Assembly (NCBI RefSeq): GCF_018977255.1
Contig: NW_024704742.1
Location: forward strand, 105,712,001 to 105,776,000
DNA from: Callorhinchus milii
Lineage: Eukaryota
DNA: 64,000 bases
Direction of reading: 5' to 3'
Both the position numbers and the translations under genes were made by a program. This document shows positions 51,291 to 63,278 of the stretch, piece by piece (positions within the stretch are counted from its first letter, which is position 1; each line of letters begins with the position of its first letter). The notes under the pieces are model-generated. The model had not been told where the DNA came from. It did not search any database and was given only the letters and a program-made list of their open reading frames with translations.

Positions 51291-53033
51291 ATCCAACCCC
51301 ACTGCTGTGCAGTGCTCTGAGACAGTATCTTGTGTGAAGAGCGTCAAGTTGTTGTTGATGTTGCCACTGCTTGGTAGGCACCAAACCAAGACAATTTCAG
51401 GGGTTAGATACACTTCCCACACACAAAATGAATGCTTGTGTTTCCAATGTGAACGAACATTTGCCGTAACCAAACCTTTGCATGCAGTTAGTTGACTGCA
51501 AAGGTTCGGAGGTTTCAGTTTTCAGCACGTAAGGGTGAGTCTCACAAAAACGTGATGAGTTTGGAATATCCTGGGCTTGGTGGTTTTCTGCCTGGGACAC
51601 TGGCACCAGTTTAATGATACAATGACTGCCGGTCAAACACTAGCTGCCTCAAGTTGCACATGTTAAATAAATGCCTGACTCGGGTTAACCTCACAACCTT
51701 TCAGATTTATTACCTGATACTTGAGTACAACACACATGAAGCTAAAATTGCTCAGTCAAAATCCTCGCATTGGCTGTTGAAGATGTTGGAATTATTAAGA
51801 TCCTAATCATTTGGCTGCATTTTTCTTCCCTTCTTACCTATTCTCACTTTCACCATTAAACAAAATTAAACAAAAGCTCACCGTGCTGGAAAGATGTCAA
51901 GGAGGAGGTGTATGTTGTCAAACAAGATAAAATTCTAGGAGGTGCTTTTGTTTCAGAGGAAAATCACAAGGTGACCAGATTTCCATGACTTTGAGTAAAT
52001 GTGGCTTTTTTGCAATGAGCCTGCATTGACTGTATAAGCTCTTCACTAAACAATGCGCACTGTCCAGTACTAAGAATGGAGCTACTCTCACCGACTGGTA
52101 TTGGTGAAGCCCAAACAGCCTCAATGCAACACTATTACAGATTTAAAAGATCCCTTTGATATGCGTTGGGAAAGATTTCCATTAACATTCTCTTGTTGTC
52201 TATCAATGAAGCGCAAGACAAGAAAAACAAATGGTGTTTGAGTCATTGCATTGAGACAAAGATACAAAGAGTCAAAAATCTGCCAAATGGCATAGATGAT
52301 GGAGATTGCTATTTGGAGATTTTTATGACTGCCACTGATCAATGTATTCTGCATGTTAGCCACAATTTATGTGAGCATTCAAATAGAATCAAATTATTTT
52401 GCGCAACATTTTCTTTCACAGACTAATTCATCTGAATGCATGCCACTGCACAAACAGAAGCCATGAAATAATCTGTCTGATGGTATAAATTGATCAGGAG
52501 TATGTTTCTGTATGTTTATGAAAAGTAGCAACCAATGAAAGTGCAGCGATGACTCGGTTTCCCTACACACTTGTCAATCCTGTATCTACTTTTTTGGGGG
52601 AAACTATAGATTGGCTCCAAGGCTGGCCTTAAGAATCCCACCCTAAGTAAGCTGAATGCAGCCAATCCAGGACTCACAATGCTCCTCTCTTCAATATAGG
52701 TCACTGAAGTAGCCTGGTCCTGAAGTATGGTATTCTGTTTCTATGGAAAGTGAATATTTGTTAGGGGGGAAACCATATATAACCATCTGGGTCTAGATTT
52801 ACTCTTATTTTGTTCACATTTCAGTGCATCCGTTATTTAGCAAATTCTTAAATGCCATTTTAACTTTGAAGCCAGTTTTCAAATTTAAGACGGTATTGCT
52901 AGTGGCCGGGAACCCTTTTCTGTAAACAAATCTACACGATCAGAAATGCATAGTTAATTTACAAAAGGAACTGGTGCTTGTCCCATTCAGTTGGTCATTA
53001 AAGGAATCACTTTTCAATGCTAAAGCAGTGACC

Positions 53034-53297
53034 ACCTGGGTTCAATTCCAGGCAGGGTAAAACCTTGGGCAAGTTTCCTTACTCCACACGCCTAATAATA
53101 ATCCCGCCAAAATGAAACAATAATAAATTGGTCATTTTCAATCCACGACTGTTTGTGGGACACTGCTGTGCGCAATTGGCTGCCGCATTTCGCCCACAAA
53201 TATACAGTCAATTCACTTTACAGCATATTCTGTGAAGCGCTTTGAGACGTCTAGAAGACGTAAAAAGCGCTATATCAAATGCAAGGATTATTATTAT
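53034..53297 (+). mobile_element. Young SINE, short variant, A box truncated
   Basis: cctgggttcaattcc...gagacgtctagaagacgt...caaatgcaaggattattatt. Confidence 0.95.
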
Positions 53298-53469
53298 AAT
53301 ATCCTGAAATATTATGAATATAGAGCAAATCTAGACCCAGGTAGAATTTCTACCCCTATTAGTTTCCTTTCCTTCTCTATGGTCTGCATGTATCTAGAAC
53401 AAAAGCACTCTCTGTAGGCCTTTCTATTGAATTATGTTACTCTATGAAGGGGAAGAATGTAAAACAAGT

Positions 53470-53590
53470 CTGTGCAAACAGTAGAGAGTTGGGAATAGAA
53501 TATTTTGTCAAGAGTGGATGAGCCAGCACCAGTTTAGGTTCGATGCATCAAATTGCTTCCTCCTCAATTGTTGTTTTCTATCATTCTATA
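53470..53590 (+). mobile_element. CR1 3' UTR relic
   Basis: gagccagcac...caaattgcttcct...ttctatcattctat terminal motif. Confidence 0.5.
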
Positions 53591-53644
53591 ATAATATTCC
53601 TTGAGTTTTCTTCTGCTGGTTCAATAAAAAAATCATGCCCAATA

Positions 53645-54010
53645 CAACCACCAACAATTTGCATTTACATATTGCCCTTCATGTAGGGTAAAGTGTTGAA
53701 ATGCTTTACAGGGATGGAGTTGGATACCAAGTGAGGGGAAGGTGGCTATAGGAGTGTTCAAAGAGGTAGGATTTAAGTTGGGATTTAAATACTGAAAGAG
53801 AGCACATGAGATGAGAGAGAGGGAGGGAGTTCCAAAGGTTTGGGAACGTTAAATAGCTCAACCACTGATGGTGGCTCAGAGAGGCGAGGGGATGTGCAGC
53901 AAGCCCGGTTAGCATAGGAGTAGGTTAGGAGAAGATCAGACAGATATAGAGGTGCCAAAGAGTGGATGGATTTATAGGTGTGAGGGTGAGGACCTTGAAA
54001 TCGATCCGCT
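53645..54010 (-). mobile_element. L2 LINE 3' fragment
   Basis: Minus-strand peptides TYKSIHSLAPLYLSDLL and PNLWNSLP...SVFKSQLKSYLF, with a (GTT)-type tail. Confidence 0.88.
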
Positions 54011-54776
54011 GGTTCAGCCACTCCACTGATGATAATTTCATAGTCACACAGTGTATCAATTCCCACTCTTTCCTCCACAACAGATTTTCTGAGTTTATTA
54101 AATTCTCATTTCGCTCAATATTAATCCTGCTGCCAATGCTCTTTCGAGCTCCTGTACTAATTCTTCTATTGTACGTCTTGGACGAGATGACACCCTAGCG
54201 TTTGCATGCTTTCTACCTTGGTATTCTGATGTCTTAGAGCAGTGTCATCCGCTTTCGATTTTTTGGATCCATTGTTGCTAATTTTTTTAATACAAGATAT
54301 TAACTTGCTATTTACACATTAGCACTGCATCCTATGCAAACATGGCCTGGCAGTCTGCCCTGGGCTTCCAAATACACCATCACCTATCCATTTTTTTTTA
54401 AACAGACTTTAATAAAAGGAGCATCCTATTCCTCCCCTCACCATCACACACACAACGTACACACAACACACACACACGGAGCTATCTTGTCGACTGACGT
54501 GCTTGCAGATTTGAAATGGTGCCTCCTTTAGTGTGGGATCTCTCACTGTACTCATTGTGTGTGCCACCAGCTACTGTGATACCTTAACCTGAGTGGCTGA
54601 CTCACTGCTGACAGATTTTGATCTCTTTATCTTGGTTCCAGTAATATTAGATTCTGATGATAGTCCTCCTACTGTTCCCTTGAAAAATCTATTTTTATGA
54701 ACATCTGCAACGGTAAAGTAAAGAAAGAAATGGTGCAGAAATTCCCCTTCAGCATTCTATTCTTAAGTCAATAGCA

Positions 54777-54972
54777 GTAACACCAACTTGCATTCTTAAA
54801 GCACCTTTCTTTCTCCTGAAAGAATGTCTTAAAGCTCTTGACAAATATAGTCGTGATCACCGAGGAGGGAATAAGAGATGTTGACTAAAGGCACAGTGAA
54901 AGAGATATGTTTTAGGAGGTTTTTGAAGCCAGAGAGACAGGTAGCAAGGCAAAGTGACCTTGAAGGTTCCAT
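54777..54972 (-). mobile_element. Old L2 3' fragment abutting a CR1 fragment
   Basis: caacttgcatt...gcaccttt tail and ttttaggaggtttttgaag (FK.LLK antisense). Confidence 0.65.
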
Positions 54973-55200
54973 AGAATCTTAGCAATTTACAGTACAGAAG
55001 GAGGCCATTTGGCCCATAGTTCCTATCCTTGCTTTCTGAAAGAGCTTTCTATTTAATCCTATTCTCTTGCCTTCTTTTTAAACAATGTTACTGCTTTTCA
55101 GATATTTATCTAATTTTCTCTTAAAAGCTAATATCGATTCTGCCTGAACCACGCTTCGAAGTAGAGCATTCCACTTCTTAGCAGCTCTCTGTATAAAGGA
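54971..55200 (-). mobile_element. CR1 LINE 3' fragment
   Basis: Peptide FIQRAAKKWNALLRSVVQAESILAFKRKLDKYLK and 3' UTR cagtacagaaggaggccatttggccca. Confidence 0.9.
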
Positions 55201-55534
55201 TGCACAGGAGATAAAACTCTTGAGGTCATCAATTGTGAAGAAAAACACAGGAAGTGATCTCTGCTTGTAACTAACAAGCTTGTTTAGGATGGTGAGACCA
55301 GTGCTGTGGATGCAGCTGGCTGAATGCCCCACACTGTGGATGCAGATTGCTGGTGACATCATTGGCCACGAGCATCCTGTGGTTGCCACAAGCCTCTGTT
55401 TCCCATTAATTTCTACAGGAAGCCAAAACCAAAAGGAACCACTGTTCATGTTGTTTCGTAAACTTGTGGATGATGAGGGAGGAAATCATGCAAAGTTGGA
55501 AGGACAAAAAAACAAAATGCATGCCTTGTATCAG

Positions 55535-55732
55535 TATAATAATTGCTTTGATGTATTGCCTTATGGCATTGTTGAGACATCTCCAAGCGCTTCACAGGAA
55601 TTACTGTAAAATGTAGTGTCTTGTGCATTTTGCAGGCTAACACGGCAGCAAATTTGCTCACAGCAATGGCCTATAAACAGCTGTGAAGTGGATAACCAGT
55701 TTTATCTGGGAGAGTTGTTGACCAGGACACAA
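55535..55732 (-). mobile_element. Older related SINE, 3' half
   Basis: aagcgcttcacagga...ggcagcaaatttgctcacagcaatg. Confidence 0.75.
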
Positions 55733-55900
55733 AGAACAAACAATGCCCATTTCAAATTTACCTCCCAATATTGCTGGAAGTTTGGAAAGAAAAACAAATC
55801 CATTCAGTCTTATTTAATGAAATCTCTTTAAGGAGAAAAATCTTGAATGTTTATAGCTCTTTATATAGTAACATTTCAACATATCGTAACATAACATCGC

Positions 55901-56290
55901 GGAGTCCTGTAGTGGTTAGAGCACTCGCCTCACAAGCGAGAGACCTGGGTTCGATTCCCGGCAGGTCAAAACCTTGGGCAAGTTTCCTTATTCCACACGC
56001 CTGTTAATAATCCCTCAAGAAAAAAACAGTAATAAATTGGTCACTTCAATTCACGACTGTTTGTAGGATACTGCTGTGCGCAATTGGCTGCTGCATTTCG
56101 CCCACAAACATACAGTCAATTTACTTTACAGTCTATTCTGTGAAGCGCTTTGAGACAACAACAAGATTGCATTTATAGATCGCCTTTCACGTCGGGAGAA
56201 CGTCCCATGGCGCTGGACAGTTGAGACTTCTAGAAGACGTGAAAAGCGCTATATCAAATGCAAGGATTATTATTGTTATTAATATTATTA
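55901..56290 (+). mobile_element. Young SINE, short variant, full length, with a nested antisense L2 tail
   Basis: Starts GGAGTCCTGTAG and has B box GGTTCGATTCC. The tail is split at 56156/56221. Confidence 0.96.
56157..56220 (-). mobile_element. 64-bp L2 3' tail insertion with a 7-bp target-site duplication
   Basis: Reverse complement ctgtccagcgccatgggacgttctcccgacgtgaaaggcgatctataaatgcaatcttgttgttgtt; ttgagac at 56150-56156 and 56221-56227. Confidence 0.93.
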
Positions 56291-56331
56291 ACACACTTAA
56301 CAGTTAATTACTAGAAATATCGTGATTGTTT

Positions 56332-56610
56332 TTTAGGCAAATGTAGCTCCAATTTGCATCAGGTTATGAGGTGATTGTCTGGAGGATTATTAGCCAATGC
56401 ACTGAGGGAAACAATACTCCCTTCTCTTTCGAAATATTATCATGGTATCTTTAATGTCTACTTGTGCAGGCAGATAAGACCTTGGTTTAACATCTCATCC
56501 AAAAGATGGTACCTCTGTAAAGCAGCAATTCTCTGAGTATTGCACATGAAACATGACACAAAAACACTGGAGTTCAAGGGTACCTGAGGCAAGTGCTGTT
56601 ACAGTTGAAT
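56332..56610 (-). mobile_element. DeuSINE (SacSINE1/AmnSINE1-type Deu domain) relic
   Basis: ttcgaaatattatcatggtatcttt...ggtttaacatctcatccaaaagatggtacctc matches the antisense Deu domain as I recall it. Confidence 0.8.
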
Positions 56611-56809
56611 CCTGAGCTGTAAATTTCTACTAAATTGGTTGTGGAGGAGTTAATTGATAGACTTCCCCCATTGCAGAGAAAAGATTGATCAGAAAACCTA
56701 GCTGCTATTCAGCTTGGTAAACTAGTCTGCTTTCTCCTCCTCCCCAACCACCCGAGCTGAAACAGCTTTCTCCCTTTGGTGCTGCACACACCAGATCCCA
56801 AGAGAAGTT

Positions 56810-56985
56810 CAGATGAAAATGGACTTTCAGCCTATTTTGACTTATTTTTCCAGTATACCTGTCCTACCGTCCTCCCTTTACAGCATCAAGCTGTTTCTTC
56901 AATGAGCTCTGTGACCTGGCATCAACCATCCTTTCTGGTGTAAGCTATTCCACGTATAGAGTACCCTCCTTGTAAAGAAGTATTA
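56810..56985 (-). mobile_element. CR1 3' relic
   Basis: gcatcaaccatcctttctggtg...tattccacg...accctccttgtaaagaag. Confidence 0.65.
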
Positions 56986-57630
56986 GAGTACCTGATTCAC
57001 TGGCGATGCTCAGAAGTGCCGAATGTACAGTGTCAATGTTAGCAGGTCTACGTGAGAGGCCGTCACAGGTACTGATACCATCCAGATCCTGCTAGAAGGC
57101 CAGCTCCTGACTGCTTGACTTGAAGAGAGTTGCAGTTGTCCTCTGATGAACGGAGAGTGCACTGTCATCACTACTGGCTTGATTTGAAGGTGATGACATG
57201 ACATTCCTGTCAACAGAGTTGCTCCTTTTCTTCTGAACAGGGCTGCCTTTTAGAGCTTTACACACTGAGAAGAATGAACTCCACGGCTTCTGTGTTTTAT
57301 TTTCCCTTAATGCCACATTCATGTAAAGGGGTCGAAGATTTCTCCCACCGTTTGCATGTCCACACGCGCTAGGTGATATAGGCGTATCACACTTCACATG
57401 TACCTCATCCACCCAGCCCGTGGTTACCTGATTGGCAGTCTCAATTGAAAGGAAGATTCGCCCGACAAAGAAAAGAACGAAACCTGATCAAAAATACAGT
57501 TCAGAAAATTATGCTGTGAGAATCAATATTGTTCCTTGTTTTTTTTAAAACTTATGCAAATATTGTTTGGTGGAACCGCCCTTTGAAAGAGACTATTCAT
57601 CAGTTTGCGGGAGCACAATCCACTCAATGT

Positions 57631-57705
57631 ACTCTTTCTCTCTCTCTCACTATTTCACTCTCTCACTCACTCACACACACACTCTCGCACACACACTCTC
57701 TCACA
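57631..57705. repeat. Mixed (CT)/(CA) low-complexity tract
   Basis: Visible directly. Confidence 0.85.
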
Positions 57706-57889
57706 TTTTTTCAGTAAAAAAAAATCACATAAAGATATGGTATTCAATAGGGCAGTTTACATACATAATGAAATAACTGACCTTTTAATAAGACATAAAT
57801 TGTTATAGGGCATATCTAGTGCATACTAAATTCCGAAAATTGACAGATGACACTTTGAAGACACTGAACTGCATTCTCAATGTCAGATT

Positions 57890-58110
57890 TTTCTTTTCTC
57901 CCTTCCCCTTTTGTTCTCTGCTCAAGGTGCTGACTGTGCTGGGGGACTGGCACTGAGTGCCAACCAATAGCTCACCTAAGAATACATTCTGCATGGGTGA
58001 CTCTTGCCATTGAGTGTCGGTAGTTTATTTGACTGTGGGCACCATCACAGCTAAGCCAGATCCTTCCCCTCTACCCCAAAGTCATCCATGGATGCATACT
58101 TTCCTGCGGT
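57890..58110 (-). mobile_element. Ancient SINE relic, 3' half (probably the 36461/43895 family)
   Basis: aggtgctgact...gctgggg...gagtgtcggtag...catcacagctaagccagatcct. Confidence 0.55.
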
Positions 58111-58689
58111 TTCCACCGATTTTTTCAGGAGAATTGTAGAATACTTACTGACACACTTAGTAAATCAGTTCACTCAATACCTTGCTCATCTGAATGTCTT
58201 AATTGCACCCTAACAGTTACTTTACTAACTAAGCCATTGTGGGAGAATCTCAATAAATTGTAAAGACAAGTATTACTCCATCAACAGCTGAAGTGGAATA
58301 TGATTTGCACAAACCTCTTTGCGATCTAAAGACTTTTAATAAACTCAGGTATCATCATTATATAGTATTCATGTGTAAATTGGATTTAGCCTTCATACAA
58401 TCTCGATAATTCATTGACATTTTTCCTCATGTGTGCCTGTGTAAGGGGGGAGAAGATTAATAGTTACAATGTGAAACTGTAGACTAGGGTAGCCACGATT
58501 CAGTGCCATTCCTGACAGATTCATACTTGATCAGAGTCTTCTCTGATAGGTGATGCTCAGGTATATAGTTAGATGGGAAGGAAAACTAACGTTAGAGGGT
58601 ATAAAGTGCTCGCACAGGCCCTCATAGTCTGGAAGATGCAGGAGAGAAGGGGGCTACTGACCTGCTCTACTCAAGTTGGCAAAATTGGT

Positions 58690-58906
58690 TTAGATAAAGA
58701 AGGTCCTTCAGCCTATTTGATGTCATCCTTCCACAATACCCATCCTACCGTCTTCAGCTCAAAATGTCCTGGTCTCAACCACCCTTCCTGGCACCCTTCC
58801 TGTTCGTATCTTTAATTGCACTCTGGGTAAAGAAAAGTTTCTTCGTGTCTGTCCTGAGATTGCTCTTTGCAACTCTAAACCTGTGTCCTCTTACTTTACT
58901 GTCCTG
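58690..58906 (-). mobile_element. CR1 3' relic
   Basis: tcaaccacccttcctggca...cactctgggtaaagaaaagtttctt...aaacctgtgtcctct (RGHRF antisense). Confidence 0.75.
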
Positions 58907-59884
58907 AGAAGTCAATGAGTCAATCAGTAAATTGTGTTTGTGCTGGTGGGAGTGTAGACTATCTCAATTGTGCAAATAGGTGGGGCTGATACTGGAAGAA
59001 GTAAATGGAGGGAGGGGAAAATGGATGTATGAATTAATTGTAAGTTATGTCGTCTGTATTACCTGCTCAAAGATCGTTGGAGGCATCTTTCACAACGTGG
59101 CAAGATGTTATTTGTTGTTCACGGACTTTCGAGAAAGACTTGCCTTCTATTTTTGATGCATTGATTAAAAAAGTTTTAAATTAAAGACAACTTGGTTGTT
59201 TGCCAAGATCAGTGGGAGATTTTGCAAACTCATCAGGGCATCTCATTATCAGCACCCTCCCACGCAGATCTGAAGACTTGACTGACGGGATAAAAAAAAG
59301 CCGTCTGTTGTTACAAAGCGAGGTGACTGTGTCAGGAATACTGCTGCTGACCTATAAAATCTGGGCAGAAACCACAACCATGTCCTAGATTTAGTGCTTA
59401 ATGTGTATGATCCAATTAAAGAAAATCCCTCCTGGCAACAGTTGGTTTTGTAGGTTCTTAAAATACTGAAAGGAATGTTTTTCAAAGAGGCAAACTTGCT
59501 GTGCATTATAGCGAGCAACCTGTTTAAACAGTGCAATGTCTTCGTACATTTAAATATAAGTGAAGGAAACAAACGGATACACTGATGTATTAGAATTACA
59601 ACAGCGGGCACTTACTGCTTATATATTCAGCAGCAGATCTCTATATTGATAGCTTGGAGCAGACTTGTCTGAAAGAGCTGTTCACTGCAGAAACATGATG
59701 CACATGGGTGCATAAAAATTTCAGCTGAAGAGAATGTATCTCTTTGTAATCTTAAATAGGTTATATTGGATAACAGGTGAGATTTGTTTTCACATACCAT
59801 TCAAATGCATTTTTCTCACTTTCCTTGCAGCACTGAATGTCAAACAAAACGTAGTCATATGCGAATTACTGTATATTTCTATTT

Positions 59885-60035
59885 AATAGTAATCCTTGAT
59901 TTTGATACAATGCCTTAGCATGTCATTGAGATATCTCAAAACACTTTACAGCATAGCTACTATTTTAGGCAAGTGCAGCAGCCAATTTGCTCACAGCAAT
60001 GTCTCAGAAAGAGCCATAAAGTGTTTGCCCAATTT
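59885..60035 (-). mobile_element. Older related SINE, 3' half
   Basis: gcagcagccaatttgctcacagcaatgtc. Confidence 0.7.
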
Positions 60036-60174
60036 TACATGATGACTTCATCTTCCCTACTAATGCTTCCTGGTACAGCTGGGTGAAAGTTGCAACCAAC
60101 TTTGCCTCTGCAGCTCACTGGCCGACAAGAGATGAATGTCTGGAAGGTCAGACAGTTTCTGATAGTTTTCCAGA

Positions 60175-60330
60175 TCAAATGGTTATTCAACCTCATGGCT
60201 GTTTATGGGACCTTGCTGTGCACAAACTATTTGCCACATTTGCCCACAAAAGTAGTTACTACACTTGGCAATAATTATCTGGAACATGTTTTGAGACGTT
60301 TCAATATGATACTGCATGATAAAAATATTT
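60175..60330 (+). mobile_element. Older related SINE, 3' half
   Basis: ggctgtttatgggaccttgctgtgcacaaa...tttgcccacaaaa...ttttgagacgt. Confidence 0.7.
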
Positions 60331-60502
60331 ATTTATGACCCCCCTCTAACCCCCTCCCCCATGAGATGGTATAATGTTGCTGCTCAAAGTCTTGCACAAT
60401 AAAAGCAGAATATCAACTAAGGTTGGGATAAGAAGTCAGTGCAACAATGTAGGGCATTCTCCTACTTTGCAGCTAGTTACCAGACTGTTGCATTGAATTA
60501 CA

Positions 60503-61007
60503 CAGAATGATACAGTAGAAAAAAAGACCATTCAGCCAAACTAGCCAGTGGCAAATTATACTCCATGGGAGCCCTCCACCCCTTCTATTCCCCCTCCTAA
60601 ACCTCTCTATTCTCCCCCATGTATGTATCATGTTCCTTAAATACAATAATGCTTTTTGCTTCAACTACAGCTTCGGGCAGCAAGTTCCACATTCTCACCA
60701 CCCTCAAAGAAGTTCCTCTTAAACTCCCTGTTAGATCTACTACTGGCTATCTTAACAGCAAACTCCTGATAATTCGGGAAAAGGGCTCAGTGAGTTATCT
60801 GAAATGGTGAACTAGGCATATGTATAAATACTTAAATAAATATGGCCGAGATAATGACAGCTTGATGGTTAAGCCAGGGTCAAGATGTTAGAAGTTGACT
60901 GGTATTATATTTATGCCCTCTGGTTTTGAACTAACCAACAAATGCAAACAACCTCTCAATATCCACCTTATCGAACTTTTTCATAATTTTAAATGCTTCC
61001 ATCAGAT
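60503..61007 (-). mobile_element. CR1 3' fragment split by an insertion of about 150 bp
   Basis: tgcttcaactacagcttcgggcagcaagttccacattctcaccaccctc; CR1 sequence resumes at ttatatttatgccctctggtt (60905). Confidence 0.8.
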
Positions 61008-61526
61008 TCATAGAATGTTTTGATTATCTTATTCTGTTAATGTCTTCAAGCCTTCTTTTCAAATCTATCAGAAGAAGATGGCAATGCTCAAGACATTATC
61101 TTATGCAGTTGTTTCATTCAGATCACTGTCCTTTAAAATAATCCACCGATGGCTTGATGTCAAATTCAACTGCAAAGCATTGGCTCTGTGTAAATGGGAA
61201 TTAATAGGACGACTGCTGGCCAAGTGATTTCTGATGTCTCTCTTGCCAACTGCCTTTGAAACCTTTTGGAGAGTAGCTTTTGTAGACGTGAGGGGCTTTC
61301 TCCCAGTTTACAGGAGAGGTTTAGATGAAGAAACTTTGACCCATTTGATCTCATCCTTGGCAGATAGCATGCATATGTGGAAAGCTCAATCTGGTTCAGA
61401 TACTCCAGCGTGATGGTGGATTTGCACATGTGTCAGACACCCAGCCGGCCCCCAAAAAAGTGTTGCAAAAAAAATGTTTTGCTGCAAACGCTAACGTGGC
61501 AAGTTCATGAGCAGCAAAATCCATGC

Positions 61527-61566
61527 TGGATTCCCACTGGCTGGATTCCCACTGGCTGGACCCCAC
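61527..61566. repeat. 15-bp tandem repeat, about 2.6 copies
   Basis: ctggattcccactgg twice, then ctggacccca. Confidence 0.9.
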
Positions 61567-63197
61567 CCCTGATTTTTTGTGGTGATTGATTTGTATAATG
61601 CCTATAAACCACAACCCCATCCCATTCCCACAAATCAGCAGCCACTACTTGTGAATATTTGTGGTAAGCCACAAGGTTTCATAATGCCACAAATGCTTCA
61701 AATAATTAGAATGGGAACATTTGCCAAGATCGTTTTGAAACCCAAACTAGATAAAAACTTTCGAGAATAATTACTCAGGAAGAACAGTAACTGGGGAGAA
61801 AGAAGTGCAGTACTTCTGGCTGCAGCAAGTTCTTACTAAAATCCCTTGTGAAAGCATCATGTTCTCCTATCTCGGAAATGGGGTTTAATGCAAGCCTTGA
61901 TTCTTATTACAGTTTGCCTTCCAAAGTGGAAGGCTTTTCTGCGCTGCCACATGTTGAGAGACCTAATGTAATAAATTGTTTCCTCTTAGGGGAGGGTGAA
62001 GAGCAAAGCAAGTTGCTGTAGGAGTACATTGGCAGGAATATATTGGCAGTAGGAAATAACCCCCCCACTGCCTGCTTTTTTTGTGGGTTGAGGTAATATC
62101 CTCTTTACTGCAGTAGGTGTTTCATTATTTTTCACTTTACAAATCTGTTCTTGTGTCAAGACAGCCACGTTGTTTGTTAAGGGGAAAAAAAGGCTGTGCT
62201 TCGTGCTGACTGCTTGTCAGGTACAGTTCGTTGCTGCGGAGTGAGTGTGTCCTGCGCTGTAGTTGTTCGCTGGTCTCAGCAAAAGGTAGGAGCTGGGATT
62301 CAGCTGCTTTCTGAGATCCTGAGATAAAGAAACAGAGGCCTCTTGTGAATATGAGTGCTCTATTCTCTCTTTTTATTACTCGGGGAATTTTCTCCTGTCT
62401 TTACTGCACTGAACAAACAATGCTGATCTCTGCGAAGTGACCTTATTTTCCCAGCTTCCTTACAGCTGTGACAGCATCTGCCCTCAGGTTTTTTTTCAGC
62501 TGGGGAAGGGGCGGGCAGATGAGGGGGGAAGATAGCCATTAAAAAGGAAAGGAAAAGGGGGAATTTGTTGAAGAGTTTTGTAGGAAGCAACTCACATAGC
62601 TGTTAGTACTGCGTGACTTCTCACAGTTCTACACATGCAGATCTGGGGACTGGAACAAGAGTGCAGTCCACAGTTTCTTGGCCATCACAAAAGGACCTCT
62701 CAATGCAGCGTGACCTTTGAGAATGAATGGGATCTTAACGCCAGTTTTGTCAGTCGAGTTCTGAACGTGCATTGTGGTTTGAAAGCTAGAGGCTAGCTTT
62801 TGAAGCTGTTTAGCGATCAACAATGTATATCATTCTTACTTGTCTCGTAGGAAGAATGTGTTTGATCTGCGCATCTAAAAACAGATGTGTTTAGATAGAC
62901 TTACATCTTTCAAAAGCCCAATAGTTTTAATCACAGAAAATGTAAAGCGGTACAAACTTAGCATTAACCTTTTTAAATTCTCTGGTTCTATTTATTAACA
63001 GTCTTTCATTTAATTGCAAGTGCATAGCACACTAGTGGGTACCTGAGAAGATAGTTGCAATTTGGAGCATTCCTGGGGTGTCACTATCTTTGAAGTTATT
63101 TAAATACCATGAGTTTAGCTCACCTGAGGCCTGAGATTCCACCAATCCATAATTAGCTGACAAAAATATTTTTTCTCTTTCAATTTAAGACTACACA

Positions 63198-63278
63198 GAA
63201 AATTCTTAAATTCAGTCTTAATCTGATAGGACAATGGAAAACTGGTTTCCAAATTAAGGCTGAGTTTAAGAACGTTTC
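63198..63278. mobile_element. Core of a fold-back element (27164 family)
   Basis: gaaaattcttaaattcagtcttaat pairs with attaaggctgagtttaagaacgtttc. Confidence 0.7.
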
